Source: Actinomycetales bacterium
Lineage (GTDB): Bacteria > Actinomycetota > Actinomycetes > Actinomycetales > Quadrisphaeraceae
DNA: 64,000 bases
Direction: 5' to 3'
Assembly: GCA_022701985.1 (NCBI GenBank)
Contig: JAKONK010000053.1
Location: 1,320-65,319, forward strand
Shown in pieces: positions 38,374 to 47,727 of this stretch. The notes under the pieces are model-generated. The model saw nothing but the letters and a program-made list of their open reading frames with translations, did not search any database and was not told where the DNA came from. Numbering within the stretch: the first letter of the stretch is position 1; the number at the start of each line of letters is the position of its first letter. The translations under genes and the position numbers were made by a program.

Positions 38374-38850
38374 TCAGGCGACCTCGACGACCAGCTCGAC
38401 CTCGACGGGCGAGCCCAGGGGCAGCTCGGCCACGCCGACGGCGCTGCGGGCGTGCCGGCCGGCCTCTCCGAAGACGTCCACGAGCAGGTCGCTGGTGCCG
38501 TTGACGACGCCCGGCTGCCCGGTGAACCCCGGTGCGCTCGCCACGAAGCCGGTCACCTTGACCACCCGGACGACGGCGTCGAGACCACCGCTGCCGCCCA
38601 GCGCCGCGTCGATGACGGCGAGGCCGTTCAGGGCCGCGGTGCGGGCCAGCTCCTTCGCGGTGGCGGGGCTGACGTCGCCGTCGCGCTCGCCCACGAGACC
38701 GGTGACGCCGAGCGCGCCGTCGACCAGGGGCAGCTGGCCCGAGGTGAAGACCAGGTCCCCGGTGCGCACGGCCGTCACGTAGGAGGCGACGGGCTGCGGC
38801 GCCGGCGGCAGCTGCAGGCCGAGCTCGGCCAGCCGGTCGAGGGCGCCCAC
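38374..38850 (-). CDS. RidA family protein
   Basis: FTSGQLP, VVKVTGFVAS, HARSAVGVAELP. Confidence 0.92.
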   Translation of the reverse strand: MGALDRLAELGLQLPPAPQPVASYVTAVRTGDLVFTSGQLPLVDGALGVTGLVGERDGDVSPATAKELARTAALNGLAVIDAALGGSGGLDAVVRVVKVTGFVASAPGFTGQPGVVNGTSDLLVDVFGEAGRHARSAVGVAELPLGSPVEVELVVEVA

Positions 38851-38853
38851 GGG

Positions 38854-39024
38854 TCAGGCCCCCTGGCGGGGGCGCTTGAGGTAGGCGACGAGGCCGTTGC
38901 CGCCCGGTCCGGGGACGACCTGGACGAGCTCCCAGCCCTCCTCGCCGAAGTTGTCGAGGATCGCCTTCGTGCTGTGCACGATGAGCGGCGCGGTCAGGTA
39001 CTCCCACTGGGTCAGCTGAGTCAC
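38854..39024 (-). CDS. DUF4177 small protein
   Basis: QWEY..GEEGWELV..YLKRP; TAGGCT 7 nt before GTG 39024. Confidence 0.85.
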   Translation of the reverse strand: MTQLTQWEYLTAPLIVHSTKAILDNFGEEGWELVQVVPGPGGNGLVAYLKRPRQGA

Positions 39025-39080
39025 GACCGCGAGCCTAGCCACGCCGGGCGGGGGTGCCGCGCCGTCCGTACTGTCGGCGG

Positions 39081-40154
39081 GTGGCTCCTCCCGGTCCGCC
39101 CAGCAGCAGCCCCGCCGACGAGCCGTCCGAGGACCCCGCGGACGGCGGGGCTCCCCGCCTGCACGTGGTGACCGGCAAGGGGGGCACGGGCAAGACCACC
39201 CTCGCCGTGGCCCTGGCCGTCGCCCTGGCCGACGAGGGCCGCCGCGTGCTGCTGTGCGAGGTGGAGGGCCGGCAGGGCCTGGCCCGCCTCCTGGGCACCG
39301 CCGAGCTCCCCTACGAGGAGGTCGAGGTGGCCGAGGGCGCCGGCGGCGGCCAGGTGGTGGGCCTGGCGGTCGAGCCGCGGGCCGCCCTGCTGGACTACCT
39401 CGACACCTTCCACGGCGGGGTGCTCGGCGGGCGGGGCCGGGGCGGGCGCGCCTCGGCGGTCCTCGACCGCGCGGGCGCCGTCGACGTCATCGCGACGGTG
39501 GCACCGGGCCTGCGCGACGTCCTGCTCATCGGCAAGGTCTACGAGGCGGTGCTGCGGACCACCACCGCCCGCGGCGGCAGCTCGGCGACGGGTACGCCGG
39601 TCTACGACGCCGTCGTGCTCGACGCCCCGCCGACCGGCCGCATCACCCGCTTCCTGGGCATCGGCGCCGAGCTGGCGCAGCTGGCCGGCGGCGGGCCGAT
39701 CGCCGGGCGCGCCGCGTCCGTGGCCGCCCTGCTCACCTCCCCGCGGACCGCCGTCCACCTCGTGAGCCTGCTGGAGGAGCTGCCCGTGACCGAGACCGCC
39801 GAGGCCGCCGCCGAGCTGCGCGGCGCCGGGCTCCCCCTGGGAGCCGTCGTCGCCAACCGCACCCTGCCGGGGTCGTCGGCGCCGCAGGCGGCGCCGGACG
39901 ACGACGTGGCGCGGGCCCTCGGGCAGGCGCTCGGCGCGGCCGCGGGCGGCGACGGGCTGGTCGCAGCGCTGGTCGCCCAGAACCGGAGGCGCACCGCCCA
40001 GGTGGGCGAGCAGGAGCGCTGGCGCGCAGAGCTCGAGGCGCTCGGGCGCCCGGTGCGGTCCCTGCCCGACCTGCCCGGCGGCGTCGACCTCGACGGCCTC
40101 TACCGGCTCGCGGACCACCTCGTGGCCTCGCCGCTGCTCGGGAGCGCGCGGTGA
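39081..40154 (+). CDS. ArsA/Get3-like ATPase (Rv3679-like)
   Basis: GKGGTGKTT and DAPPTG motifs; TACTGT 6 nt before GTG 39081. Confidence 0.9.
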   Translation: MAPPGPPSSSPADEPSEDPADGGAPRLHVVTGKGGTGKTTLAVALAVALADEGRRVLLCEVEGRQGLARLLGTAELPYEEVEVAEGAGGGQVVGLAVEPRAALLDYLDTFHGGVLGGRGRGGRASAVLDRAGAVDVIATVAPGLRDVLLIGKVYEAVLRTTTARGGSSATGTPVYDAVVLDAPPTGRITRFLGIGAELAQLAGGGPIAGRAASVAALLTSPRTAVHLVSLLEELPVTETAEAAAELRGAGLPLGAVVANRTLPGSSAPQAAPDDDVARALGQALGAAAGGDGLVAALVAQNRRRTAQVGEQERWRAELEALGRPVRSLPDLPGGVDLDGLYRLADHLVASPLLGSAR

Positions 40155-41392
40155 GCGCGGGCGGCTGGGACGTCGACGCCCTCCTGGACGACCCGGGCAC
40201 CGAGGTGCTCGTCTGCTGCGGCTCCGGCGGCGTGGGCAAGACCACCACGGCGGCCGCCATCGCCCTGCGGGCCGCCGAGCGCGGGCGCCGCGTGGCGGTG
40301 CTGACCGTCGACCCGGCGCGCCGGCTCGCCCAGGCCCTCGGCACGGACGCCGCGGGCGCTCCGGACGGGCAGGACGACGACGGCCCCGCCCCCGACGAGC
40401 CGCGCCGCGTGCCCGGGGTCGACACCTCCGCCGGGGGCAGCCTGGACGCCCTCGTGCTGGACGCCCGGCGCACCCTCGACGGCCTGGTCGACGCGGCGCT
40501 CCCCCCGCAGCGGGCGGCCGCGGTCAAGGCGAACCCGGTCTACACCTCGCTGGCGACGTCGTTCTCCGGCACGCAGGAGTACATGGCGATGGAGCGCCTC
40601 GGCCAGCTCCGCGCGGGCCGCGACGCCCCCGGGGGCTGGGACCTCGTCGTCGTCGACACCCCGCCCAGCCGCTCGGCGCTGGACTTCCTCGACGCGCCGG
40701 CGCGCCTGGCGGGGTTCCTCGACGGGCGCTTCGCCCGGCTGCTGACGGCTCCCGCGCGGTTCGCGGCCGGTGGCGCCGCAGGCGGGGCAGCGGCGGGGTC
40801 GGGTCCGGCCCGCGGCGTGCGCGCGGCGGGCGGCCGCGTGGTCGGCGCGCTGGCCGGCGGTGCCGCGGCGGCGATGGACAAGGTGCTGGGCGGGAGGCTG
40901 CTGCGCGACGTGCAGTCGCTGGTGGCCGGCCTCGACGAGGTGTTCGGCGGCTTCCGGGCCCGGGCCGAGGCGACGTCGGCGGCACTGCAGGACGCGCGGA
41001 CGGCGTTCGTGGTGGTCACGGCCCCGGAGGCCGAGCCGCTGGCCGAGGCGGCGTTCCTGGTGGAGCGGCTGCGGTCCTCGGGGCTGCACCCGGCCGCGGT
41101 GGTCGTCAACCGGGCTGCGGGCGCTGCGCCCGGGCTGGACGCCGGTCGCGCCGCTGCGGCGGCGGAGCGGCTGCGGAGCGGGCCCGGCGCCGGGGAGGCG
41201 GAGCTCGCGGCGGCCCGCGCCCTGGACCTGCACGTCGAGCTGGTGGAGCGGGTCGAGCGGGAGCGGGAGCTGGTCGGCGCCCTGGTGGCCGGGAGCCCGG
41301 CGACCACGACGGCCGTGGTGCCCGCGCTGGACGGCGACGTCGCCGACCTCGGAGCCCTGCGCACCGTGGGCGGGGCACTGGCGGCGGGCTGA
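40151..41392 (+). CDS. ArsA/Get3-like ATPase (Rv3680-like)
   Basis: CGSGGVGKTT, TVDPARRLA, DTPPSRSALDFL; GTGA overlap. Confidence 0.9.
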   Translation: MSAGGWDVDALLDDPGTEVLVCCGSGGVGKTTTAAAIALRAAERGRRVAVLTVDPARRLAQALGTDAAGAPDGQDDDGPAPDEPRRVPGVDTSAGGSLDALVLDARRTLDGLVDAALPPQRAAAVKANPVYTSLATSFSGTQEYMAMERLGQLRAGRDAPGGWDLVVVDTPPSRSALDFLDAPARLAGFLDGRFARLLTAPARFAAGGAAGGAAAGSGPARGVRAAGGRVVGALAGGAAAAMDKVLGGRLLRDVQSLVAGLDEVFGGFRARAEATSAALQDARTAFVVVTAPEAEPLAEAAFLVERLRSSGLHPAAVVVNRAAGAAPGLDAGRAAAAAERLRSGPGAGEAELAAARALDLHVELVERVERERELVGALVAGSPATTTAVVPALDGDVADLGALRTVGGALAAG

Positions 41393-41436
41393 GCCCCTCG
41401 CCGTCCGGCCCCCAGCCGAGTGCGAGGGGGCGGGTC

Positions 41437-41760
41437 TCAGGCGGTGCGAGCGGTGGCGGCGGCCTCGACGCGGGCGTGCTCGGCCTTGGCGGCCTGCAGC
41501 AGGCGGCTCCAGGACTGGACGTTCGGGCGGCGCTTGAGGATGGCGCGGCGCTCGCGCTCGGTCATGCCGCCCCAGACGCCGAACTCGATGCGGTTGTCGA
41601 GGGAGTCCGCGAGGCACTCGGTGCGCACGGGGCAGGCCTGGCAGACGACCTTGGCGCGGTTCTGCTCGGCGCCCTGGACGAACAGCGCGTCCGGGTCGGT
41701 GTCGCGGCAGGCGGCCTGGGTGGTCCACTCGGCGGGCTCGAGGATCGCGGTCTCGCTCAT
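41437..41760 (-). CDS. whiB4: WhiB-family regulator (WhiB4/WblA type)
   Basis: Four Cys, LFVQGAEQNRAK, GVWGGMTERERR; ponA/arsA synteny. Confidence 0.9.
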   Translation of the reverse strand: MSETAILEPAEWTTQAACRDTDPDALFVQGAEQNRAKVVCQACPVRTECLADSLDNRIEFGVWGGMTERERRAILKRRPNVQSWSRLLQAAKAEHARVEAAATARTA

Positions 41761-41877
41761 GGTGGTGCCTTCCGGTCGGTGGAGCGGCGGGGAAGCGCCG
41801 ATCGGGGATCCCGCCGCGGGGGGCGATCCGGACCTTTCGGCCCGTTCCGCTCGCTCCGGGCGAGTGACACAGATGAA

Positions 41878-41893
41878 GTTACGAACTGGTCAC
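41878..41893. promoter_or_regulatory. Direct repeat GTTAC-N6-GTCAC (OmpR-family box, MtrA/GlnR-like)
   Basis: 11-bp periodic repeat in the AT-richer whiB4/ponA intergenic region. Confidence 0.4.
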
Positions 41894-41933
41894 GCCCTGA
41901 GGCACCCCTCTCCCGGGCCATTTCGAGGACCAC

Positions 41934-41949
41934 CGGTGACTAGTCACCG
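41934..41949. promoter_or_regulatory. Perfect 16-bp palindrome CGGTGACTAGTCACCG
   Basis: Direct reading; lies between divergent whiB4 and ponA. Confidence 0.45.
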
Positions 41950-42034
41950 TCGGCCCGGCCAGCACCCGTCCGGGTCTGGTATGGAGCTTCCTGGGAGGAC
42001 CGGGTGAGCGGTCTTCTCCCCGTACTCTTGACGC

Positions 42035-44587
42035 ATGCCGCAGCGCTCTCCCGAGTCCTCTCCGCGCCGGGCGCCGTCCGCGGGCCGCGCGGTGAAGCTG
42101 CTGGCCGGCTTCCTCGCCGCGAGCGTCGGTGCGGGCGTGCTGGTCGCAGGCATCGCAGCACCCGCCGTCATCGCCGCGGGGCGCACCAGCAACGACGTGG
42201 TGGGGGCCTTCAACGACCTCCCCTCGGCCCTGGAGCAGCCCCCGCTGAGCCAGCAGTCGCGGATCCTCTACGCCGACGGCAGCCCGATGGCCACCTTCTA
42301 CTACGAGAACCGCATCTCGGTGCCGCTCGACCAGGTCAACCCGGTCATGCGCTCGGCGATCGTGGCCATCGAGGACAACCGCTTCTACGAGCACGGCGGG
42401 GTCGACCCGCGCGGCCTGACCCGCGCGCTGGTCCAGAACGCCCAGGGCGGTGACGTCCAGGGCGCGTCGACGCTGACGCAGCAGTGGATCAAGAACGTCC
42501 AGGTGGAGGAGGCCCTCTCCGACCTGCCCACCAACGCCAGCGCCGAGGAGCGCCAGGCGGCGTTCAACGACGTGACCGTCAGGTCGGGCCTGGAGGGCTA
42601 CACCCGCAAGCTGCGCGAGATGAAGCTCGCGATCGCGGCGGAGAAGCAGTACTCGAAGGACACGATCCTCGAGAACTACCTGAACATCGCCAACTTCGGC
42701 GGTGGGCAGTACGGCGTCGAGGCCGCGAGCCGCCACTGGTTCAACCGCTCCGCCGAGGACCTCGACCTGCCCCAGGCGGCGCTGCTGGCGGGCATCGTGC
42801 AGAACCCGGTGGGCTACGACCCGGCGAAGAACCCGCAGGACGCCCAGGGCCGCCGCGACGTGGTGCTGAACCGCATGCTGCAGCTCGGCGCGATCTCCCA
42901 GGCCGACCACGACGCCGCCGTCGCCACGCCGATCGAGGCCATGCTCGACATCCAGCCGACGCCGAACGGCTGCGAGCAGGCCGGCCAGGCCGGCTACTTC
43001 TGCGACTACGCCGTCAAGCAGTTCCGCGACGACGACGCCTTCGGCGGCACCAAGGAGGAGCGCCTCAAGCTGCTCTACCGCGGTGGCCTGACCATCACCA
43101 CGACCCTCGACCCGGGCAAGCAGCAGGCGGCCTTCGAGGAGGTCGCCAACGCGGTGCCCGCCACCGACTCGACGGTGCGGACCAACCACGTCAACGGCGA
43201 GGGCGAGGTGGTCCGCGACGACGGCACCTCGAACCTCGGCGCCTCGATCGTCTCCGTGGAGCCGGGCACCGGCAACATCATCGCGATGGCGCAGAACCGC
43301 ACCTACAGCACCTCGCCCGACGCCCCGCTGGGCTACACGTCCATCAACTACAACACCGACTTCCTCGAGGGCGGCTCGGGCGGCTTCCAGCCCGGGTCGA
43401 ACTTCAAGCCGTTCGTGCTGGCCCAGTGGCTGGCCTCGGGCCGCACCCTCAACGCCACCGTCAACGGCACCGAGCGCGACTACCCGAACAACAGCTGGAA
43501 GTACGGCAGCTGCTACTCCGGCTCGGGCTTCCAGGGCCCCGAGTACGGCCCCGGGAACGCCGGGGACGGCGAGGAGAGCGGGACCATGCCCGTGATCGAG
43601 GCCACCTACAAGTCCATCAACACCGGCTACGCGGCCATGGAGAACCAGCTGCAGCTGTGCGACGTGGGCGCCACGGCCCAGGCGCTCGGCATGCACAAGG
43701 CCAAGGCCGACAAGCGCAACATCACCGGTCAGGTCAGCACGGACATCAACGTGACCCCGGCGATGATGCTCGGCGTCGACGAGGTGGCCCCGCTCAGCGT
43801 GGCCACGGCCTACGCCGCCTTCGCGGCGCGGGGCAACTACTGCGCGCCGCGCGCCATCGCGTCCATCACGGGGGCCGACGGCCAGGCCCTGACCGTCCCG
43901 GGCGCCGAGTGCAACCAGGCCATCCCGCAGCCCGTCGCCGACGGCGTGAACTACGCCCTCCAGCGCGTGCTCACGGACGGCACGGCCCGGGGACGCGGGC
44001 TCGCCGGGGGCCGCGAGGCCGCCGGCAAGACGGGGACGACCAACAACTCCGTCGCCACCTGGTTCACCGGCTACACCCCGCAGCTGGCCACCTCGGTGTG
44101 GATCGGCGTCCCGGAGCGGAGCATGTCGATCAACGGGGCCCGCATCGCCGGCCGCACCTACGGGACCATGTACGGCGGCACCGTCGCCGCGCCGATGTGG
44201 CAGAGCTACATGAACCGCGCCCTCGACGGCGCCGAGGAGCTCAGCTTCACCGACCCGCCGCAGAACATCATCGGCCGGGCCCCGGCCCCGCCGCGCCCGC
44301 AGGCGACCCGCGGTCCGAGCGGCGGTGGCGGTGGCGGTGGCGGCCAGACCAGCGCCCCCGCCGACGGCGGCGACCAGGGCCAGGGCGGCGGTGACCAGGG
44401 CGGCGGTGACCAGGGCGGCGGCCAGGACGCTGGTCAGGGCGGCGACCAGGGCCAGGGCGGCGGTGACCAGGGCCAGGGCGGTGACCAGGGCGGTGGCCAG
44501 GGCGCCGGTCAGGGCGGCGGCACGCAGGGCACCACCGTCGAGCCGGCCCCCGAGGGCGGCGGCGGCGAGGACGGCGGCCAGGGCTGA
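42035..44587 (+). CDS. ponA: Class A penicillin-binding protein (PonA2-like)
   Basis: EDNRFYEH and GASTLTQQ (transglycosylase), SNFK, SIN and KTGT (transpeptidase); N-terminal TM. Confidence 0.95.
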   Translation: MPQRSPESSPRRAPSAGRAVKLLAGFLAASVGAGVLVAGIAAPAVIAAGRTSNDVVGAFNDLPSALEQPPLSQQSRILYADGSPMATFYYENRISVPLDQVNPVMRSAIVAIEDNRFYEHGGVDPRGLTRALVQNAQGGDVQGASTLTQQWIKNVQVEEALSDLPTNASAEERQAAFNDVTVRSGLEGYTRKLREMKLAIAAEKQYSKDTILENYLNIANFGGGQYGVEAASRHWFNRSAEDLDLPQAALLAGIVQNPVGYDPAKNPQDAQGRRDVVLNRMLQLGAISQADHDAAVATPIEAMLDIQPTPNGCEQAGQAGYFCDYAVKQFRDDDAFGGTKEERLKLLYRGGLTITTTLDPGKQQAAFEEVANAVPATDSTVRTNHVNGEGEVVRDDGTSNLGASIVSVEPGTGNIIAMAQNRTYSTSPDAPLGYTSINYNTDFLEGGSGGFQPGSNFKPFVLAQWLASGRTLNATVNGTERDYPNNSWKYGSCYSGSGFQGPEYGPGNAGDGEESGTMPVIEATYKSINTGYAAMENQLQLCDVGATAQALGMHKAKADKRNITGQVSTDINVTPAMMLGVDEVAPLSVATAYAAFAARGNYCAPRAIASITGADGQALTVPGAECNQAIPQPVADGVNYALQRVLTDGTARGRGLAGGREAAGKTGTTNNSVATWFTGYTPQLATSVWIGVPERSMSINGARIAGRTYGTMYGGTVAAPMWQSYMNRALDGAEELSFTDPPQNIIGRAPAPPRPQATRGPSGGGGGGGGQTSAPADGGDQGQGGGDQGGGDQGGGQDAGQGGDQGQGGGDQGQGGDQGGGQGAGQGGGTQGTTVEPAPEGGGGEDGGQG
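44367..44530 (+). repeat. GGDQG/GQG low-complexity repeats in the PonA tail
   Basis: Repeated GGCGGTGACCAGGGC-type units. Confidence 0.8.
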
Positions 44588-44637
44588 TGCTCGCCCGCTG
44601 ACCACCTGACTGGCAGCCGCGGCACCGCGGCTGTTGG

Positions 44638-45870
44638 GTGTGGCCCGTGCGCGGACTCCTGGGCCTGGCGGTCCTCCTCGGCGTCGGGGTGCTGTTCTCC
44701 GTGCACCGCCGGCGCATCCCGTGGCGGACGGTGGGCGCAGCGCTCGCGCTGCAGGTGGTCTTCGCGCTGCTGGTGCTCCGCTGGGGCCCCGGCCGTGCGG
44801 CGCTTGACGCCGTCGCAGGGGGCGTCGAGCGCCTGATCGGCTACGCCGACGAGGGCACGACGTTCCTCTTCGGGCCCCTGACCGAGGTGGGGCCCTCCCT
44901 CGGCTCGGTCTTCGCCTTCGGCGTCCTCCCGGTGATCATCTTCCTCGGCGCCATCATCCAGCTGCTGTTCTACCTGCGGGTGGTCCAGCACGTGGCGTGG
45001 GCCCTCGGCGGGACCATCGGCTGGCTGCTGCGCGTCTCGCGGCTGGAGAGCTTCTTCGCCTCCGTGGTCATCTTCCTGGGGCAGAGCGAGGCGCCGCTGA
45101 TGATTGCGCCCTACCTCGGGCGCCTCACGCGCTCCCAGCTGTTCGCCGTCATGACCGGTGGGTTCGCCGCGGCCGCCGGCTCGACGCTGCTGGGGTACGC
45201 CCAGCTGGGCGCCCCGCTCCCCTACCTCCTGGCGGCGACCGCGATGAACGCCCCGGCGTCGCTGCTCATGGCCAAGCTGCTCCTGCCGGAGACCGAGCCG
45301 GTGCAGGAGACCACCGGTGACGACGACGTGCGGAGGGTCCGCGACACCGAGTCCGCGAACGCCATCGACGCCCTGGGCCGCGGGGCGCTGGCGGGCGGGC
45401 GCATCGCCGTCGTCGTCGGTGCGCTGCTGATCGCGTTCATCGCCCTGCTGGCGCTGGTCAACGGCGTCGTCGGCGGGATCGCGAGCTGGTTCGGCGCCGA
45501 CGGCGTCACGGTGCAGGGCGTGCTCGGCTGGCTGCTCGCACCGCTGGCGTGGCTGCTGGGCGTGCCGTGGTCGGAGGCGGGGCTGGCCGGCTCCTGGATC
45601 GGCCAGAAGACGTTCCTCAACGAGTTCGTGGCGTACTCCGACTTCGGCCCGCAGGTCGGCTCGCTCGACCCGCTGACCGTGGCGGTCGTGACGATCGCGC
45701 TGGCGGGCTTCGCGAACCTCGGCTCGATCGCCATCATGATCGGCGTCATCGGCTCGCTGTCGCCGGAGCGCCGTGGCGAGGTGGCCGCTCTCGCCCCACG
45801 GGCGCTGCTCGCGGGTGCGATGGCCAACCTCGCCAACGCCGCGGTCGCCGCCGTCGTCCTGTCCCTGTAG
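44638..45870 (+). CDS. Concentrative nucleoside transporter (NupC/CNT family)
   Basis: VLPVIIF, FLGQSE, NEFVAY and GFANLGSI motifs. Confidence 0.92.
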   Translation: MWPVRGLLGLAVLLGVGVLFSVHRRRIPWRTVGAALALQVVFALLVLRWGPGRAALDAVAGGVERLIGYADEGTTFLFGPLTEVGPSLGSVFAFGVLPVIIFLGAIIQLLFYLRVVQHVAWALGGTIGWLLRVSRLESFFASVVIFLGQSEAPLMIAPYLGRLTRSQLFAVMTGGFAAAAGSTLLGYAQLGAPLPYLLAATAMNAPASLLMAKLLLPETEPVQETTGDDDVRRVRDTESANAIDALGRGALAGGRIAVVVGALLIAFIALLALVNGVVGGIASWFGADGVTVQGVLGWLLAPLAWLLGVPWSEAGLAGSWIGQKTFLNEFVAYSDFGPQVGSLDPLTVAVVTIALAGFANLGSIAIMIGVIGSLSPERRGEVAALAPRALLAGAMANLANAAVAAVVLSL

Positions 45871-45946
45871 GCACGGCGGAGGAGCCCCGTCTCCAGGAGG
45901 GCGGCCCTCCGGGACGGGACTCCACCGCGGCGGCCCGGTGGCGCCG

Positions 45947-46447
45947 TCAGGCGGAGAGCTGGCGGCGCACCTCGGCGGACAGGCGCCCGCCGTCGACCGT
46001 GGAGCCCAGCTGCGGGCGCAGCACGCCCATGACGGCACCCATGGCGCTCATCCCGGTCTTGCCGCCGGCGGCGGCCTGCTCCACGGCGGCGGCGACGGCG
46101 GCCTGCAGCGCGGCGTCGTCGACCTGTGCGGGCAGGTAGCCGGCCAGCACGGCCTCCTCGGCGCGCTCGCGCTCGGCGGACTCGGCGCGGCCGGCACCGG
46201 CGAAGGCCTCGGCTGCCTCCTTGCGCTTCTTCACCTCGGTGCGCAGGACGGCGAGGACCTCCTCGTCGGAGAGCTCGCGCGCCTCGGTGCCCGCCACCGA
46301 GGCGGTCTTCACGGCGGTCAGGGCCATGCGCAGGGTGTCGCGGCGGACGGCGTCCTGGGCCTTGAGGGCGGTGTTCAGGTCGTCGCGGAGGCGGTCCGCG
46401 AGGGACCCGCCGCTGCCCGTGCTGGTGGAGGTGCTCGTCGTGCTCAC
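45947..46447 (-). CDS. GatB/YqeY domain protein
   Basis: ALKAQD, EVKKRKEA, YLPAQ, VDGGRLSAEV. Confidence 0.9.
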   Translation of the reverse strand: MSTTSTSTSTGSGGSLADRLRDDLNTALKAQDAVRRDTLRMALTAVKTASVAGTEARELSDEEVLAVLRTEVKKRKEAAEAFAGAGRAESAERERAEEAVLAGYLPAQVDDAALQAAVAAAVEQAAAGGKTGMSAMGAVMGVLRPQLGSTVDGGRLSAEVRRQLSA

Positions 46448-46473
46448 CCGGCGAGTCTGGCAGGGTTCGCGAG

Positions 46474-47385
46474 GTGGAGCACCGAGGTATCCGACGGGCA
46501 GCGCTGGTCACGGGGGCCCTGGCCGCCGTCGGAGCCGGGTGCGTGGCCTGGGGCGCGGGGTACGAGGTGCGGTCGTTCCGCCTGCGCCGCTTCCAGGTGC
46601 CGGTGCTGCCCTCGGGCCAGGCACCGCTGAAGGTGCTGCACGTCTCCGACATCCACATGATCGCCGGGCAGCGGGCCAAGAAGGAGTGGGTGCGCGGCCT
46701 GGCGGCCCTCGAGCCCGACCTGGTGGTCGACACCGGCGACAACATCACCTCCCCGCAGGCCGTGCCGGAGGTGCTGGAGGCGCTCGAGCCCCTGCTGGAG
46801 CTGCCGGGTGCGTTCGTGCTCGGCTCCAACGACTACTACGCGCCGAAGCCCAAGAACCCCGCCGCCTACCTCTGGCGCCCCTCTCGCGCGCACGCCACCC
46901 CCACCCCGCTGCCCACCGAGCGCCTGGTCGGCGCGTTCGGCGACGCCGGGTGGGTCGACCTCACGAACGCCAAGGGCCGCCTGGACGTCGACGGGCGCCG
47001 CCTGGACCTCGTCGGCGTCGACGACCCGCACCTGCAGCGCGACCGCTACCTCGACCTCGCCGGTGCCCCCGACCCGGCCGCCGACCTGTCGATCGGCATC
47101 ACCCACGCCCCGTACCGCCGAGTGCTCGACGCGATGACCGCCGACGGTCACCCGCTGATCATCGCGGGGCACACGCACGGCGGGCAGCTGTGCGTGCCGG
47201 GCTTCGGCGCCCTGACCACGAACTGCGACCTGCCCCGCTCGATGGCCAAGGGCCTGCACCGGTGGGAGCGGGGGCGCCGCTCCAGCTGGCTCCACGTGTC
47301 GGCGGGCCTGGGCACCAGCCCCTACGCGCCGGTGCGCTTCGCCTGCGCCCCGGAGGCGACCCTGCTGGAGCTCGTCAGCGCCTGA
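46474..47385 (+). CDS. Metallophosphoesterase
   Basis: SDIH, TGDN, GSND, GHTHGGQ motifs; N-terminal hydrophobic segment. Confidence 0.9.
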   Translation: MEHRGIRRAALVTGALAAVGAGCVAWGAGYEVRSFRLRRFQVPVLPSGQAPLKVLHVSDIHMIAGQRAKKEWVRGLAALEPDLVVDTGDNITSPQAVPEVLEALEPLLELPGAFVLGSNDYYAPKPKNPAAYLWRPSRAHATPTPLPTERLVGAFGDAGWVDLTNAKGRLDVDGRRLDLVGVDDPHLQRDRYLDLAGAPDPAADLSIGITHAPYRRVLDAMTADGHPLIIAGHTHGGQLCVPGFGALTTNCDLPRSMAKGLHRWERGRRSSWLHVSAGLGTSPYAPVRFACAPEATLLELVSA

Positions 47386-47461
47386 GCGGGGGCTCGGGGG
47401 CCGCCCGGAGGAACCGCGTCGAGCAGCACCCCCGGCCTCGGCTAGAGTGGGTGCGCTCCAC

Positions 47462-47535
<74 letters not shown>

Positions 47536-47540
47536 CCCTC

Positions 47541-47573
47541 CAGAGGGCCCCTGCAGCTCGCAGGGGCCCTCTG
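47541..47573 (+). terminator. 14-bp perfect hairpin after tRNA-Pro
   Basis: CAGAGGGCCCCTGC-AGCTC-GCAGGGGCCCTCTG. Confidence 0.7.
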
Positions 47574-47727
47574 CTCGTCACGGGGTGCTCGCGCGCCACC
47601 CGACCGGCCCGCGCTCGCCGGCTCTCACAGGCGCCGTTCATGCGCACGACACACGGACGGGACCACACTGCCGCCCGGCATGCCCGCAGAGCCGGGCGCA
47701 GGCGCGTGACCAGCAGGTGGGTGCGAC

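Noticed and set aside
39081-41392. Arsenic-resistance operon
   Set aside because: No arsB/arsC/arsR; this is the conserved Rv3679/Rv3680-type Get3-like pair next to whiB4
41934-41949. CRP/GlxR site
   Set aside because: Spacing is GTGA-N4-TCAC rather than N6; kept only as an unassigned palindrome
44367-44530. CRISPR-like array
   Set aside because: In-frame low-complexity coding repeats with no unique spacers and no cas genes; the same applies to 17601-17676
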